A stretch of 64,000 nt of DNA from Polyangia bacterium (GTDB lineage: Bacteria > Myxococcota_A > Polyangia > Fen-1088): the NCBI GenBank assembly GCA_035578045.1, contig DATJWP010000207.1, forward strand, positions 84,745 through 148,744, read 5' to 3'. The notes beneath the pieces were generated by a model that had not been told where the DNA came from, ran no database searches, and worked only from the letters and a program-made list of their open reading frames with translations. A program made the position numbers and the translations under genes. Below, one piece after another: positions 44,827 to 57,810 of the stretch (positions are counted from its first letter, which is position 1; each line of letters begins with the position of its first letter).

Positions 44827-47211
44827 ATGGGGGCTGCCGCCACGGGCTTGCTGGGCCTGGTGCTGGCCGCGGGCTTGCCGCTGCGCACCGACCTCTCCAA
44901 CCTGTTGCCGGCGCACGAGCGATCGGTGCGCGACCTCGAGCGGATCGAGGGGCGCACGTCGGCGCTGGGCCTGGTGCTGTGTGCCGTGGCCAGCCAGGAT
45001 CCGGCGCAGCGCGCGCGGGCGGCGGCCGATCTGGTCGGACGGATCAAGCAGCTGGATCCGGCGCTGGTGGCCGACGTGATCGCGGACGACGGCGCGGCAC
45101 GGGCGTTCGTGGCCCAGCATCGCTTCCTGTTCGCGTCGCGCGCAGACCTCGATGCCGCGCGCGACGCGCTGGCGGCGCGGGTGCGGCGCGCCAAGCTGAA
45201 GGCGAACCCGCTCTACGTCTCCCTGGACGATCCCGAGGAGACGGCGCGCGACCAGGCCGACGAGCAGAAGGTCATCGATCGGCTGCGCGGTCGCCTGGCG
45301 GCGGCGGAAGGGTCGGACGCGCAGCCCCACGCCATGGTCTCGCGCGATGGGCGGACCCAGGTCCTGATCGTCCAGGCGGCGTTCCCTTCGGCATCGGTCT
45401 CGATGGGCGAGCGGCTGGTCGCGGCGCTCGCCACCACCCTGGAGGCGGCCGGGCGCGCGGCCGGCCCCGGCGTTCAGCTGGGAATGACCGAGGACGTCGT
45501 GATCGCCGTCGCCGAGCACCGGGCCATCGTGGGCGGGATGTCGCTGGCGCTGCTCCTGACGGTCCTGGTCGTCGGGGCATCGATGTTGCTCTACTTCCGC
45601 TCGGTGGGCGGGCTGTCGGCGCTGCTGGGGTCCCTGGCCGTCGGCACGCTGGCGACCTTCGGGGTGGTGCGCCTGACCGTGGGGCACCTGAACAGCGTGA
45701 CGGCGTTCCTGTCGTCGATCGTCGTCGGCAACGGCATCAACTTCGGGATCATCGTGCTGGCGCGCTACCTGGAAGAGCGCCGCACGGAGGCGCCGCACCA
45801 GGTGGCGCTGTCCCGGGCGCTGCGCGGCTCGTTCACCGGGACGCTGGCGGCGGCGACCGCGGCGGGGATCGCCTACGCGTCGCTGATCATCACCGACTTC
45901 CGCGGGTTCCGCGACTTCGGCGTGATCGGCGGGGTGGGGATGGCGCTCTGCTGGATCAGCGCCTACACCGTGCTGCCGGCGCTGCTCTCGTGGCTCGCGT
46001 CGCGCCGGCGGCTGCGGATCCGTCCGGAGCCGCCGCTGGGGCGCTGGCTGTCGCGGCTGGCGCTGGCCCGCCCCGCGATCGTGATCGCCATCGGCGCCGT
46101 GTTGACGACGGGGGCATGCGCGGTGGCGGCGCGCTACCTGGCGTCCGACCCCTTCGAGTACGACTGGCAGCGGTTGCGCTCGGACAGCGGCACGGCCAGC
46201 GACGCGCGGCGCTGGATGGCGCGCATCGACCAGGCCTTCGGCCGGCAGTTCGTGGGCGGGTTCATGGTCGGGGTCGACAGCGCGCCGCAGGCGGAGGCGG
46301 TCGAGAAGGTGCTGCGGACGCACGCCGAGGACGAGCCCGGCGTGGCGCCGTCGCAAGCGCTGTTCCGCAAGATCGGCTCGATCCAGGACTTCATCCCCGC
46401 CGACCAGCCCGTGAAGCTGGCGGTGCTGGACGAGATCAGGCGCCTGGTCGACCGCTCGACGCAGCTCATGGACAAGCAGGACGCCGCCGACCTGCAGCGC
46501 TTCCGTCCGCCCGACGGGCTGCGGCCGATCACGATCGCGGACATCCCCGAGCCGCTGGCGCGCCGCTACGTCGAGCGCCACGGCGAGCGTGGCTTCATGC
46601 TGTTCGCGAACCAGGCGTCGCGGTTCGACGGCTGGAACGGCCGCGACATGCTGGCGTTCGTCGACGCGGTCCGGCGGCTCGAGCTGCCGCCGGACACGGC
46701 CTTCGGGGGCGGCGCCTTCATCTTCGCCGACCTCCTGCAGGCCATGCGCCGGGCCGGCCCGCGCGCCACGCTGGCGGCGTCGCTGGGCGTGGCGGCGTTC
46801 ACGCTGGTCATCGTCGGCTGGGGGAGGGCCGCCGCCATCACGCTGGCCTGCCTGGTGACCGGGACCGCGCTCATGATCGCGGGGGCCGCGCTGCTGGGGT
46901 TGAAGGTGAACTTCCTGGACTTCGTGGCGCTGCCGATCACGCTGGGCATCGGCGTCGACTACGCGGTCAACGTGGTCGCGCGGGCGCGCGCCGCGGGGGC
47001 GGGCGACCTGGGCAGCATCCTGTCCACCACGGGCGGCGCCGTGGTGCTCTGCTCCTGGACGACCACGGTTGGCTACGCGTCGTTGCTGCTCTCTTCCAAC
47101 GCCGGCATCCGGTCGTTCGGCATCACGGCGATCCTGGGCGAAGCGACCTGTCTGGTGGCGGCCCTGGTGCTGGCCCCAGCGTTGCTGCGCGCCGCAGGTC
47201 CCCGCGGATGA
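44827..47211 (+). CDS. MMPL/RND-family lipid transporter
   Basis: TDLSNLLP; two TM bundles with GNGINFGI..RYLEER and LGIGVDYAVN; FRGFRDFG. Confidence 0.88.
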   Translation: MGAAATGLLGLVLAAGLPLRTDLSNLLPAHERSVRDLERIEGRTSALGLVLCAVASQDPAQRARAAADLVGRIKQLDPALVADVIADDGAARAFVAQHRFLFASRADLDAARDALAARVRRAKLKANPLYVSLDDPEETARDQADEQKVIDRLRGRLAAAEGSDAQPHAMVSRDGRTQVLIVQAAFPSASVSMGERLVAALATTLEAAGRAAGPGVQLGMTEDVVIAVAEHRAIVGGMSLALLLTVLVVGASMLLYFRSVGGLSALLGSLAVGTLATFGVVRLTVGHLNSVTAFLSSIVVGNGINFGIIVLARYLEERRTEAPHQVALSRALRGSFTGTLAAATAAGIAYASLIITDFRGFRDFGVIGGVGMALCWISAYTVLPALLSWLASRRRLRIRPEPPLGRWLSRLALARPAIVIAIGAVLTTGACAVAARYLASDPFEYDWQRLRSDSGTASDARRWMARIDQAFGRQFVGGFMVGVDSAPQAEAVEKVLRTHAEDEPGVAPSQALFRKIGSIQDFIPADQPVKLAVLDEIRRLVDRSTQLMDKQDAADLQRFRPPDGLRPITIADIPEPLARRYVERHGERGFMLFANQASRFDGWNGRDMLAFVDAVRRLELPPDTAFGGGAFIFADLLQAMRRAGPRATLAASLGVAAFTLVIVGWGRAAAITLACLVTGTALMIAGAALLGLKVNFLDFVALPITLGIGVDYAVNVVARARAAGAGDLGSILSTTGGAVVLCSWTTTVGYASLLLSSNAGIRSFGITAILGEATCLVAALVLAPALLRAAGPRG

Positions 47212-48208
47212 GCAGGAACACCGTGCCGGCGGCGATCCAGAACAGCTCCTTGGCCCGCTTGACCAGGATCAGGGCGGTCCCGGCGGCCACCGGGTTGGGC
47301 AGCCCCATCTGGCGCAGCAGCAGGATGATGGCGGCGTCCTGAACGCCCAGCCCCGCCGGCAGGAAGAACACGATCACGCGCAGGAGCGAGCCGAGCGCGT
47401 CCAGCGCCAGCACCGGCCCGATGGGGAGCGGCAGCCGCAGGCAGCGGACGATGATCAAGGTCTCGATCCCCTCCATCAGCCACTCGAGGAAGAACGCCAG
47501 GAGTGGCCGCCAGCGGCGCGCGGCCGGCGCCGCGAAGAACGCCCGCGCCTCGCTGTCGATCTGCGCGAACCCGCGCTCGCGCTCGGCGATGGCGCGCCGG
47601 AGCCGCAGGATCGGGATCTTCTGCAGCAGGGCCGCGATCCGGCTGGCGATGGCGGCGTGTCGCAACGAGGCGAGCAGGAGCCAGCCCAGCAAGCCCATGG
47701 CCACTGCGCACGCGGCCGCGCCCAGGGCGGGCAGGGAGAACGGCGAGCCGCCGGCCGCCTCCGCGTCGAGGGCGGCCCACACGGCGGCCAGCGCCAGGTA
47801 GGCGCCGTCGGTCGCGACCAGGTAGCCCTTGGTCAGCGCCAGGCTGGCCACGGCGCGGGGCAGGGGCACCCCGGCGCGCCGGTTGAGCAGCGCCATCTTG
47901 GCCGCCTCGCCGGCCACCGAGCCGCCCGGCAGCAGCAGGACCAGCGCCTCGACCGAGAGGCGCAGCTCCAGCATCCGCACCCAGCGGACCCGCGTCCCCA
48001 GCGCCAGCAAGATGCCGCCCCAGCCGGCGGCGTCCAGCCCCATCGCGACCAGCGTCGGCACCACCACCAGCCCCAGCGGCCAGCCGACGCGGCGGATCAG
48101 CGCCAGGGCCTGGCGAAGGTCGTGGCCCCGGATGAGGCGCGACAGCGCCAGCAGCGCCAGCAGCAACAGGAAGGCCCGGACCAGCGCCGCTCGGCGGCGG
48201 GCGTTCAT
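47123..48208 (-). CDS. Lysylphosphatidylglycerol-synthase-like TM protein (flippase-like)
   Basis: Multi-TM; LPGGSVAGEAAK; FFLPAGLGVQDA; LVKRAKELFW. The C-terminus overlaps the MMPL gene by 89 bp. Confidence 0.8.
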   Translation of the reverse strand: MNARRRAALVRAFLLLLALLALSRLIRGHDLRQALALIRRVGWPLGLVVVPTLVAMGLDAAGWGGILLALGTRVRWVRMLELRLSVEALVLLLPGGSVAGEAAKMALLNRRAGVPLPRAVASLALTKGYLVATDGAYLALAAVWAALDAEAAGGSPFSLPALGAAACAVAMGLLGWLLLASLRHAAIASRIAALLQKIPILRLRRAIAERERGFAQIDSEARAFFAAPAARRWRPLLAFFLEWLMEGIETLIIVRCLRLPLPIGPVLALDALGSLLRVIVFFLPAGLGVQDAAIILLLRQMGLPNPVAAGTALILVKRAKELFWIAAGTVFLLIRGDLRRAATLGPAPGPPPDRSLRPGSP

Positions 48209-48210
48209 TG

Positions 48211-49023
48211 TCAGGCCGAAGACGGGTCGGTGGACAGGTCGGGAGCCGGGTCCCGGCGGCGGCTGAACAGGTGAAGCTGCTGTCGCAGGTATCCGGCCGG
48301 GAACCGTTCCAGGATGCCGTACCCGCGCGGCTTGATCGCCGGCAGATGAGCCGTGCCGAACAGCCAGTCCCAGAAGGCGAACTTGGTGGCGAAGTTCACG
48401 CCGTCGCGGATCTCGATGGCGTGGTGCCAGCGGTGCATCTCGGGCCCGTTGATGATCTTCTGGAGCCGGCCGCTGCGCACGTCCACGTTGCAGTGAATGT
48501 ACATCCCCCAGAGCGCGTCAATGGTCACCTTGATGAGGGCCACCTCGGGCGCCGCGCCCAGCAGCGCGATGGGGACGAACTCGATCGACTGGTTGATCAG
48601 GATCTCGAACGCGTGCGACCGCGAGCCCGACAGCCAGTCGACGTTCTCGGTGGCGTGGTGCGCCTCGTGCAGCCGCCAGAGGGTGGGAGACGCGTGCTGC
48701 AGCCGGTGGAACAGATAGATGTAGAGGTCGTGGGTGACCACGAAGAACAGCACCTGCAGGCCCACCGGCCAGCCCGACAGCAGGTGCAACTTCGGCAAGC
48801 CGGTCGTGTTGCAGGCCCAGGCTGACAGCCGCGCGATGACCAGACCCAGGACGTAGCTCTGGGCCAAGGCGTACCCGAGCAGATCGGTCCAGAACCCCTT
48901 GCGCAGGAAGCGCTGCGGGTTGTACGGCCGCGATCGCTCGAGCGCGATCAGGAGCGACGCCCCGACGACGATCAGGACCGGCGAGAGCACCGACCAGACA
49001 GCGACGGCGTGGGGCGTCGACAA
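48211..49023 (-). CDS. Fatty-acid hydroxylase / sterol desaturase family protein
   Basis: His boxes HRLQH, HEAHH, HCN, HRWHH; NF...FWDWLFGT. Confidence 0.92.
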   Translation of the reverse strand: MSTPHAVAVWSVLSPVLIVVGASLLIALERSRPYNPQRFLRKGFWTDLLGYALAQSYVLGLVIARLSAWACNTTGLPKLHLLSGWPVGLQVLFFVVTHDLYIYLFHRLQHASPTLWRLHEAHHATENVDWLSGSRSHAFEILINQSIEFVPIALLGAAPEVALIKVTIDALWGMYIHCNVDVRSGRLQKIINGPEMHRWHHAIEIRDGVNFATKFAFWDWLFGTAHLPAIKPRGYGILERFPAGYLRQQLHLFSRRRDPAPDLSTDPSSA

Positions 49024-49033
49024 GGCGCTCCGG

Positions 49034-49981
49034 TCAGTTGGTGGAGGGTGAGGCGCCGCTGGCCACGCGGCGAAGCTTCTTGCGCGCGGCGATCTCGCCC
49101 TCGTAGATGCGCTTCACGCCGTCGCCCAGCGAGCGCTCGATGTCCCGGATGTTGGCGACCAGGCGCAGGAGGCCGCCGATCTCGACGGAGCCGGCCTGGT
49201 CGGTCCCCCACATCGCGCGGTCCAGGGTGATGTGCCGCTCGACGAAGGTGGCGCCCAGCGTGACCGCCGCCCAGGTCGGCGCCAGGCCGACCTCGTGCCC
49301 CGAGTAACCGATCGGGCAATCGGCGTACAGGCTCTTGAGGGTGTTGATCATGTTCAGGTTCAGGTGCTCGGGCGGGCAGGGGTACGACGACGTCGCGTGC
49401 GCGATCAGCAGCTGCTCCCGCCCGACGGCCTTCACGGACGCGTCGATCTCCTCCAGCGTCGACATGCCGGTCGACATGATCAGCGGCCGCCCCGTGGCGC
49501 GCATCTTCCGCAACAGCGGCGTGTCGGTCAGCGAGGCCGAGGCGATCTTGTAGCAGGGCGGCTGGAACGACTCCATGAAGTCGACCGACTCCTCGTCCCA
49601 GCAGGAGGCGAACCAGAGGATGCCGCGCTCGCGGCAGTGGCGGTCGATCTCGGCGTACTCGCGCGGCCCGAACTCGATGCGCCGGCGGTACTCGATGTAC
49701 GTCAGGCGCCCCCAGGGGGTGTCGCGCTCGACGTCCCACTGGTCGCGCGGCACACAGCGCTCCGGCGTGCGCTTCTGGAACTTCACCGCGTCCACGCCGG
49801 CCAGCACCGCCCCGTCGATCAGCCGCTTGGCGATCTCCAGCGAGCCGTTGTGGTTGATCCCGATCTCCGCGATCACGAACACGGGCGCTCCGGTCCCGAT
49901 CCACTTCTGGCCGATCCGAACACGCGCGCTTTCGAGCATGGAGTCCGTCGCGATGGATGGTGGCATGTCGCTCCTCCTCAT
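49034..49981 (-). CDS. NeuB-family (N-acetylneuraminate/KDN-like) ulosonic acid synthase lacking the C-terminal antifreeze-like domain
   Basis: IAEIGINHNG, AVKFQKR, KIASAS, MSTGMS, IGYSGHE, VERHITLDR, GTDQ. Confidence 0.92.
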   Translation of the reverse strand: MRRSDMPPSIATDSMLESARVRIGQKWIGTGAPVFVIAEIGINHNGSLEIAKRLIDGAVLAGVDAVKFQKRTPERCVPRDQWDVERDTPWGRLTYIEYRRRIEFGPREYAEIDRHCRERGILWFASCWDEESVDFMESFQPPCYKIASASLTDTPLLRKMRATGRPLIMSTGMSTLEEIDASVKAVGREQLLIAHATSSYPCPPEHLNLNMINTLKSLYADCPIGYSGHEVGLAPTWAAVTLGATFVERHITLDRAMWGTDQAGSVEIGGLLRLVANIRDIERSLGDGVKRIYEGEIAARKKLRRVASGASPSTN

Positions 49982-50592
49982 CTACCTGCCGTTGCCTGAC
50001 CGTCCAGGGCCGACGTCGCATCCGCGTCGCGGACCCCGAGCTGGGACTTGAGATCGAGAATCCATTCGGCGAAGTCGCGGAACGCCCCGCAGCCGCCGGG
50101 CCGGGCGCAGCAGTGGTGGGCCCGCCGCAGCACCGCCGGCACCGCGTCCAGCGGCGCGCCCACCAGCCCGCGCTCGGCGACCACCGCCATGACCTCCTGG
50201 TCGTTGACGTCGTCGCCGATGTACGCGACCTGCTCCAGCGGCACGCCGACCTCTTCGAGGATCCGGGGCAGCACCGACCGCTTGTCGATCGCGCCCATGT
50301 AGCAGTGGCGGATGCGCAGCTTCTCGGCCCGCCGCTGGACGATCGGCGAGGTCTCGCGGGTCAGGAAGGCGGTCTCGATCCCCTGGGCGCGCAGCCGCTC
50401 CACGCCCATCCCGTCGCGGACGGAGAAGCGCTTCATGGCCTCGCCCCGCTCGGAGACGTAGACGCCGCCGTCGGTCAGGACGCCGTCGACGTCGGTGATC
50501 ACCAGCCGCAGGCGGGCGGCCCGGCGGAGCAGCTCGTCGGCCAGCAGCGGCGCCCAGAGCGCGGCCGCTTCACCTCTCACCACGCCGTCCAC
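49978..50592 (-). CDS. KdsC-like HAD phosphatase (KDO8P/KDN9P type)
   Basis: TDVDGVLTDG, KRFSVRDGMG, YIGDDVND, GGCGAFR. Confidence 0.92.
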   Translation of the reverse strand: MDGVVRGEAAALWAPLLADELLRRAARLRLVITDVDGVLTDGGVYVSERGEAMKRFSVRDGMGVERLRAQGIETAFLTRETSPIVQRRAEKLRIRHCYMGAIDKRSVLPRILEEVGVPLEQVAYIGDDVNDQEVMAVVAERGLVGAPLDAVPAVLRRAHHCCARPGGCGAFRDFAEWILDLKSQLGVRDADATSALDGQATAGR

Positions 50593-51396
50593 CCTCCGTC
50601 GACGGTCAGGTTCGCCCCGGTCATGTAGCTGGAGGCGTCGCTGGCCAGGTAGACGATGGCGCCGCGGTACTCGTCCGGGCGGGCCATCCGGCCCAGCGGC
50701 GTGCGGCGGCTGTACTCGGCCACGAAGAACGGGTCCTGCCCCTCGGCGCCGACTCCGCCAGGCGACAGGCTGTTGACCCGCACCCCCTCGGCGGCCCAGT
50801 AGGTGGCCAGGAACCGCGTGAACGCCAGCACCGCCCCCTTGCTGGTCGGGTAGCCCGCGCTCTTCCAGAGGATCTGCGTGCCGTCGGGGCGCCGGTAGAT
50901 CCGCTGGTCGGGGGCGACCAGCCCATAGGTCGAGGCGATGTTGATGATGCTGCCGGAGCGGCGGCGCGCCATCTCGGCGCCCAGCACCTGGCAGACCAGG
51001 AACGTGCCCGTGACGTTCACGTCCAGGATCCGCCGGAACTGCTCGACCGGGAAGCGTTCGAACCGGGTCGAGTCGCCGGCGGTGGCTCCTTCGACCTTCT
51101 CGTTGAGGGCGGCGTTGTTGACCAGGATGTCCAGCCGGTCGTGGGCGCGCAGCACCTCGTCGCGCAGGCGCGCCAGCGAGCCGCCGTCGGTCACGTCAGC
51201 GGCCAGGGCCTGGACCCCGCTGCGCCCCTCCTCGCGCATCTGGCGCTGGACGTCGGCGCAGGCCCGCTCGTCCAGGTCGGTGGCGACCACGCTGGCGCCC
51301 GCGTCGGCCAGCGCGCGGCAGTGCTCGCGGCCCAGCAGGCCGGCGGCGCCGGTCACGACGGCGACCTTTCCGGCCAGCCGAAAGCCAGGCGTCGCC

Positions 51397-51410
<14 letters not shown>
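50577..51410 (-). CDS. SDR oxidoreductase of the type found in ulosonic-sugar loci
   Basis: TGAAGLLG, LVNNAA, ASTYGLVAPDQRIY, YPTSK, VNSLSPGG. Confidence 0.9.
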
Positions 51411-53710
<2,300 letters not shown>

Positions 53711-53714
<4 letters not shown>

Positions 53715-54565
53715 CGGACCACCAGCGGTTCGGAGCGGATGTCGGCGCGGGCCGATCCCTCCAGCTCGTCCAGCAGCATCCGCACCTCGTCGCTCGAGAG
53801 GTTCACGAACCAGCGCTCGGCGCGCCCCTCCAGGCTGGGCAGCCCCTTGTTGCGCACGGTGCGCGCCACCACCGCGGTCGGGCGGCCCGGCCGGCGGGGC
53901 AGCTCGGCGAAGGCCGCCTCCAGCGCGGCGTGGTCGTGCCCGTCGATCTCGGTCGTCGCGAAGCCGAAGACCGACAGCTTCTCGGCCAGCGGCTCCAGCG
54001 GGATCAGCGACTCCGTGGCGACGTTGGCCTGGAAGCCGTTGCGGTCGACGATCAGGACCAGGTTGTCGAGCTGCTTGGCTGCGGCGACCTGCAGGGCCTC
54101 CCAGACCGAGCCCTCGTTCATCTCGCCGTCTCCCACGATCACGAAGACGCGCGACGGGCCGCCCGACATCCGGGCCTCGAGCGCGATGCCCATGCCGACC
54201 GACAGCAAGTGCCCGAGCGAGCCCGAGTGGAACTCGATCCCGGGGATGGCGCGGTTGGGGTGCCAGTAGATGTGGTCGTCGGGCGACAGATGGTTCGCCA
54301 GCCGGGCGACCGGGAAGTAGCCGGTCTCGGCCAGCGTGCCGTAGAGCGCGGGCACGTCGTGCCCCTTGGACAGCAGCAGGTAGTCGCGGCCCGGGTCACT
54401 CCGCCGCTCGGGCGACGTTCGCAGCACCCGCTGGTAGAGGTGAACCAGGATGTCGGCGCAGGAGAGCGACGCGCCCAGGAAGCAGCCGCCGCGGGTGGCC
54501 ATGCGGATGGCGTGGGCGCGCACCCGGCGCGACAGGGTCTCCAGGTCGGCGTGCGGGCTCGTCAT
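53711..54565 (-). CDS. Transketolase-like protein, N-terminal (ThDP-binding) subunit
   Basis: LLSKGH, SGSLGH, GDGEMNEGSVWEA, VDRN. Confidence 0.92.
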
Positions 54566-55410
54566 TGGCGGGCCTCGGCGCGCGCTCCGGCGACCGGGCG
54601 CAGGGTCTGAAGCTCATCGATGTGTCGGGACATCCAGCTGCTCCCGTGGTGGGCCGCGTTCAGCGCCCGCAGCTCCGGGCGCGCGTCGAGGAGCGCGACG
54701 ATCTCCTCGACCGAGAAGGGGAACCTGTCCGGCCGGTGCAGCGCCTGGAACACCTCGGCGATCAGCGTCAGGTCTTCCTCGTAGTCCAGCGTCAAGCGGT
54801 GGGTGGCCGACAGATCGCGGCCGGAGGGCCAGACCAGGTTGCGGAGCCTGAAGCGGTCGGGCTGATCCCAGATGAAGGGTGTCGTGTGCTCGCGCTGGAA
54901 GGCGCGGGTGGCCAGACACCAGGCCTCCTCCAGCGCGTCGAAGCGGATCACCTCGACGTCGTTGCCGTCCGGCCAGGTGGCCGGGTGAAGGTTGCCGACG
55001 TAGGCGTCGTCGGGGTAGGTGCGGCGAAATTCCGCGACCACCATATCGACGACACGCGGGTCGATGAGCGGGCAATCCGACGGGATCTTGACCACCGCGT
55101 CGGCCTGTCGGGCGCGGCCCACCTTCAGGTGGCGGTCCAGCAGGTCGGTCGGATGCCCCGCCACGCTGGCCACGCCCAGCTGGTCGCAGAGCGCGCGGAT
55201 CGGCTGGTCGATCGGAAGATAGGTGGTCGCGACGACCAGCTCGTCCAGCTGGATGGCCGCTCGCAACCGATCGATCATCCAGGAGAGGACAGGGCGACCG
55301 CCGATCGGCCTCAGCACCTTTCCCGGCAGGCGCGTCGATCCCATCCGCGCCTGAACGACGGCGACCACCTTCGCGTTCAATCCATTTTCGGTCTCGCGCG
55401 CGGCGAGCAT
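54562..55410 (-). CDS. SpsF-like acylneuraminate-type cytidylyltransferase
   Basis: QARMGSTRLPGKVL, DCPLIDP, REHTT, RLTLDYEED. Confidence 0.9.
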   Translation of the reverse strand: MLAARETENGLNAKVVAVVQARMGSTRLPGKVLRPIGGRPVLSWMIDRLRAAIQLDELVVATTYLPIDQPIRALCDQLGVASVAGHPTDLLDRHLKVGRARQADAVVKIPSDCPLIDPRVVDMVVAEFRRTYPDDAYVGNLHPATWPDGNDVEVIRFDALEEAWCLATRAFQREHTTPFIWDQPDRFRLRNLVWPSGRDLSATHRLTLDYEEDLTLIAEVFQALHRPDRFPFSVEEIVALLDARPELRALNAAHHGSSWMSRHIDELQTLRPVAGARAEARQ

Positions 55411-55533
55411 CTGAGCTCGCTGTTTATAAGCATTCGAGGATCGACGGGGAAACTGATCCGCAGCGAATCAGCGAACAGCCGTCACGCAGGTGGCCGCTTT
55501 GCGACAGTTTCGTAGCTGTGTATACCGACTGTT

Positions 55534-56106
55534 TCAGAAGCGGATCTGGATCTCGTAGCGGCGATTCTTGGCCTTCTTCGCGGGCGTGTTGTCCGGGGTG
55601 ACCAGCGGTCGTTCGGATCCCAGGCCCACGGAGATGATCTCGCTCGAGGGAATTCCGCGGCCTTCCAGCTCGCGGGCGATGACGGCCGCGCGCTTTCCGG
55701 AGAGCTCCTTGTTGTGCTCGGCTTTGCCGCTCGAGTCGGTGTGGCCGGAGACCTCGAACTTGAAGCTGGTGACGCCCGCCACCTTCAGGTGCTTCTTGAC
55801 GTCCACCAGCGTGTCGGCGAGCTTCTTGATCTTGGCGTCGCAGCCGGGCATCAGCTGGTCGCTGTCGGTCTTGAAGCTGCACTGGTTCTTTCGCCCTTCG
55901 GCCAGAAGCTTGGCGTTGGCTTCCTTGACCGCCTTGTCGCGCGCGGCGTTGCCGGCCGCCCCGGTGGCCTTTCCGGCCAGGCCACCCAGGTCCAGGGCTC
56001 GGGCCGGCCGGACGCCGGCGCCGAGGGCGACCACCAGGGCAAGCGCCAAGGCGCTCAGGGGGGTGCGAGGGGTGGACCGGTTCAAAAATTCGAGGGTTCG
56101 CTTCAT
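55534..56106 (-). CDS. Exported OmpA-family peptidoglycan-binding protein
   Basis: Signal ending PARA; VSGHTDSSG, NKELSGKRA, GLGSERP, KNRR. Confidence 0.9.
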   Translation of the reverse strand: MKRTLEFLNRSTPRTPLSALALALVVALGAGVRPARALDLGGLAGKATGAAGNAARDKAVKEANAKLLAEGRKNQCSFKTDSDQLMPGCDAKIKKLADTLVDVKKHLKVAGVTSFKFEVSGHTDSSGKAEHNKELSGKRAAVIARELEGRGIPSSEIISVGLGSERPLVTPDNTPAKKAKNRRYEIQIRF

Positions 56107-56179
56107 TGGAACACGCTAGCTTCCGTCGCGTCTCCAGTAAAGACGCCGTCTTCCGGGAAACAGGGATACGATTCGCGCG

Positions 56180-56644
56180 ATGCGAAAGACACTGCGATGG
56201 TTGGCCCTGGTGTTGGTGGCCGTCGGGGTTGCGCTGCAGTTCGTTCCGGTTCAGGACCTGGGGTCGAACCCCCCACATCGGTTCACCCTGGATGCGCCGC
56301 CCGAAGTGACCGCCATCCTCCGGCGCGCCTGCTTCGACTGTCACTCGAACGAAACGCGCTGGCCGCTGTACAGCCGGATCGCGCCCGGCTCCTGGCTGCT
56401 GGCGAGCGACGTCCACAAGGGGCGTAACCACCTGAACTTCTCCGAGTGGGGCAGCGTGGACGACGAGGAGCGGCAGGACGACCTGGAGGCCTGCTGGGAC
56501 CAGGTCGAGTCGGGCACGATGCCTCCCAAGAAGTACCTCTATCCCTTCCACATGTCGGCCAAGCTGTCGGAATCAGACAAGATGACGCTCAAGGCCTACT
56601 TCTTGAAGAACGCCGGCAAGAAGGACGACAAGAAGAAGGAGTGA
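56180..56644 (+). CDS. Haem-binding domain c-type cytochrome
   Basis: ACFDCHSNET, WPLYS, GRNHLNFSEW, MPP. Confidence 0.9.
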   Translation: MRKTLRWLALVLVAVGVALQFVPVQDLGSNPPHRFTLDAPPEVTAILRRACFDCHSNETRWPLYSRIAPGSWLLASDVHKGRNHLNFSEWGSVDDEERQDDLEACWDQVESGTMPPKKYLYPFHMSAKLSESDKMTLKAYFLKNAGKKDDKKKE

Positions 56645-56686
56645 CTCTCAAGTTTTGCGGCTGGGCTTCCGAAGCGAAGGGCGCAC

Positions 56687-57109
56687 ATGAGCTCCCCGCT
56701 CGCCCCTAGCCGTTCTTCTTCTCCTTCTTCTTCGAACTCTCGCCCCTTCGATCAAGCGGGAACCCTCGAAGGGTTCCCGACCCCTGCCGCGTCGATTCCG
56801 CTGGGCAAAGCCCAGCTCCATCAGCGCGAACACACCCGGATCTTCCCCCGTGAGCTCGCCGTGATCGGCGAGATGCTGGGGAGCCTGGAGAGCCTGACCA
56901 ACGCCGGCCAGCGTCACGTCATGGCCAAGATCGTGGGGTTCATCCAGACCCGGGTCTCCTCGGGCGCCATCGCTCGCACGGCCGACCGCGCTCGGGTTAC
57001 CGAGCTGCTCGACCGCGTGAGGCACGAAGCGACCCGCCCGCTGCCGGTGGTCGAGGCCTTCCGCGATGCGGTCGGCCGCGTGCTGGCCGCCCCGGGCCTG
57101 CTGCTCTAG
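56687..57109 (+). CDS. Hypothetical protein
   Basis: 140-aa ORF filling the gap, coding-like in its distal part; no motif recognised. Confidence 0.5.
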   Translation: MSSPLAPSRSSSPSSSNSRPFDQAGTLEGFPTPAASIPLGKAQLHQREHTRIFPRELAVIGEMLGSLESLTNAGQRHVMAKIVGFIQTRVSSGAIARTADRARVTELLDRVRHEATRPLPVVEAFRDAVGRVLAAPGLLL

Positions 57110-57113
57110 GACT

Positions 57114-57698
57114 TCACGAGACCGTCCACGAGGCGGCCGCGGCGTGGCGGCCTTGCGCGCCGATCGGCTCGACCGTGCTGGCCTGCGGTCCCTTCAGCCC
57201 CTGCTCCTCGTGGTAGCGGACCTCGGCGCCCATGGCCAGTCGTTCGATGCCTCCCCGGACGCTGTGGCGGTGGAAGTAGATCTCGCGGCCGTCGTCCGAT
57301 TCGAGGCGGCCGTACTCCAGGTCGGGTTCCAGGTGGACGACCCGTCCGTGGGGTGGGACCGCGCGGGTCTTCACGTTGCCGTGCAGGCGGCGCACGTAGT
57401 CTTCCAGGCGGCGGCGCACCGCCCGGAACGCGTCGCGCACCGCGACGTAGGCGTCCGCGTGCTCCGGGTGGTCGCCGGGCGCGCGGCCCACGGCGATCTG
57501 CTCGCGCGGGACGTTGACCTCGATCGACACGCGGTAGATGCCCCCGGAGCGGTGCCGGTTGGAAGCCTCCAGCGCGACCCGGCAACTGGTGATCCCGTCA
57601 AAGAATTGTTCCAGCTCTTGAATCTCGCCCCGGATCAACGTTTCGAGGGCCGGGCTGGCGTCGAGGTGGTGAAACGTAATCTGCGGCTCTGTTTGCAT
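57114..57698 (-). CDS. HPF/RaiA-family ribosome-associated protein fused to a cold-shock (OB) domain
   Basis: QITFHHL, ITSCRVALE, AVRDAF..RRRLED; then YGRLESDDGREIYFHRHSV...KGPQASTV. Confidence 0.88.
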   Translation of the reverse strand: MQTEPQITFHHLDASPALETLIRGEIQELEQFFDGITSCRVALEASNRHRSGGIYRVSIEVNVPREQIAVGRAPGDHPEHADAYVAVRDAFRAVRRRLEDYVRRLHGNVKTRAVPPHGRVVHLEPDLEYGRLESDDGREIYFHRHSVRGGIERLAMGAEVRYHEEQGLKGPQASTVEPIGAQGRHAAAASWTVS

Positions 57699-57810
57699 GG
57701 ATGACCTCGCTGTGGGGATTTCTGCTTACAAGTTAGGCACCGGCACGCCGGGTGCCCGCGGCTGACGGCCCGATTCAGCTGATCCGTGGACCGGACGATG
57801 ATGAGGCCGG

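Noticed and set aside
47123-47211. Functional antisense overlap between the MMPL and flippase-like genes
   Set aside because: Convergent 3' overlaps are frequent in this GC-rich window (also 41382-41416 and 62550-62578), and the overlapping tail is low-complexity.
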